DNA of 64,000 nt. Origin: Camelus dromedarius. Its lineage: Eukaryota. Location of the stretch: positions 56,856,001 to 56,920,000 of the forward strand of contig NC_087436.1 in the NCBI RefSeq assembly GCF_036321535.1, written 5' to 3'. The first letter of the stretch is position 1, and every line of letters starts with the position of its first letter. A program made the translations under genes and the position numbers. The notes below the pieces were generated by a model that was not told where the DNA came from, did no database searches, and worked only from the letters and a program-made list of their open reading frames with translations. Shown here one piece after another: positions 63,491-64,000 of this stretch.

Positions 63491-64000
63491 GTTTTAAAAG
63501 ATGTCACCAGATATTCTTATAAAATATTCTTGACATCCTACACCTAATTAGTAAGGCTCATATAATGACCAAAACCAAAAAAGCAACAAATTTTAACTAC
63601 CAGATAATCAACTCTAGAATGACTTCACCATTTATATGGTATTTATCATTCATATAGGTGTCTATCTAAGGTATGTATAATATACATGCATATGTGTCCA
63701 CAGGAACTGCATGTTATGTAACCTAATATGATCAAACATTCCCAATCAGCCTGTAAAATTCTAGAACCGAGGACAGAGTGTCCCAGACTGACAAGTGCCC
63801 GGTTCACAGCTGCTAGGATAGCTGTTTGTCTCAACCATCCATTCTGCTCCCACACAACTAAAAAGAGCCCACACGCTATCTGAGACGGAAGAGCTGCCAA
63901 ATCTTCTAGGCTACTTGCATTTCATCAACAGAAGAAAACACACGTTTATGACCATTCCTAACGGGACATCTTCTGAACTGCCTCACTCTCAAAGGGCGGT

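Larger units (their letters stand above)
38580..64000 (-). other. PDLIM5: PDLIM5 intron upstream of the PDZ exon (partial)
   Basis: Lies 5' of the acceptor. The exon encoding the PDZ N-terminus (MSNYSVSLVGPAPWGFRL..., recalled) was not recognised in the window. Branch-point-like CCTAAT on the minus strand at 38598-38603. Confidence 0.8.

Noticed and set aside
1..64000. CRISPR array, operon or other prokaryote-type system; snoRNA, NUMT or processed pseudogene
   Set aside because: The sequence is mammalian intronic DNA. I saw no repeat-spacer array, no long ORFs and no recognisable mitochondrial, snoRNA or retrocopy sequence, although a degraded copy could be missed by eye.

Overview
AT-rich mammalian DNA that is almost entirely intronic. 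The one coding exon I can support is a 152-bp internal exon of PDLIM5 (ENH; PDZ and LIM domain 5) on the minus strand at 38428-38579. It encodes the C-terminal half of the PDZ domain and has canonical AG/GT splice sites. The rest is most likely the two large flanking introns; I recognised no neighbouring exon. The only young SINE is a short tRNA-derived family resembling camelid Vic-1, and I saw no Alu, B1, Bov-A/tA, PRE-1 or Can-SINE, so the source is probably a camel, alpaca or llama. Other repeats: solo LTRs (an ERV1-type LTR with intact 4-bp TSD, MLT1C/D-like, LTR16-like), a Tigger1-derived MITE, hAT/Charlie MITEs, L1 3' ends including a multi-level nest, L2, MIR, CR1/L3 and microsatellites. 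The other ORF-track entries look like repeat-derived or chance ORFs. I found no convincing new biological system. The best leads are candidate muscle/SRF-type intronic enhancer motif clusters, a pre-miRNA-sized hairpin, a strong G-quadruplex motif, a cryptic upstream 3' splice site on the PDZ exon, and several well-preserved retrotransposition junctions. Repeat family names are from recalled consensus sequences, not a database search, and boundaries of old repeats are approximate.
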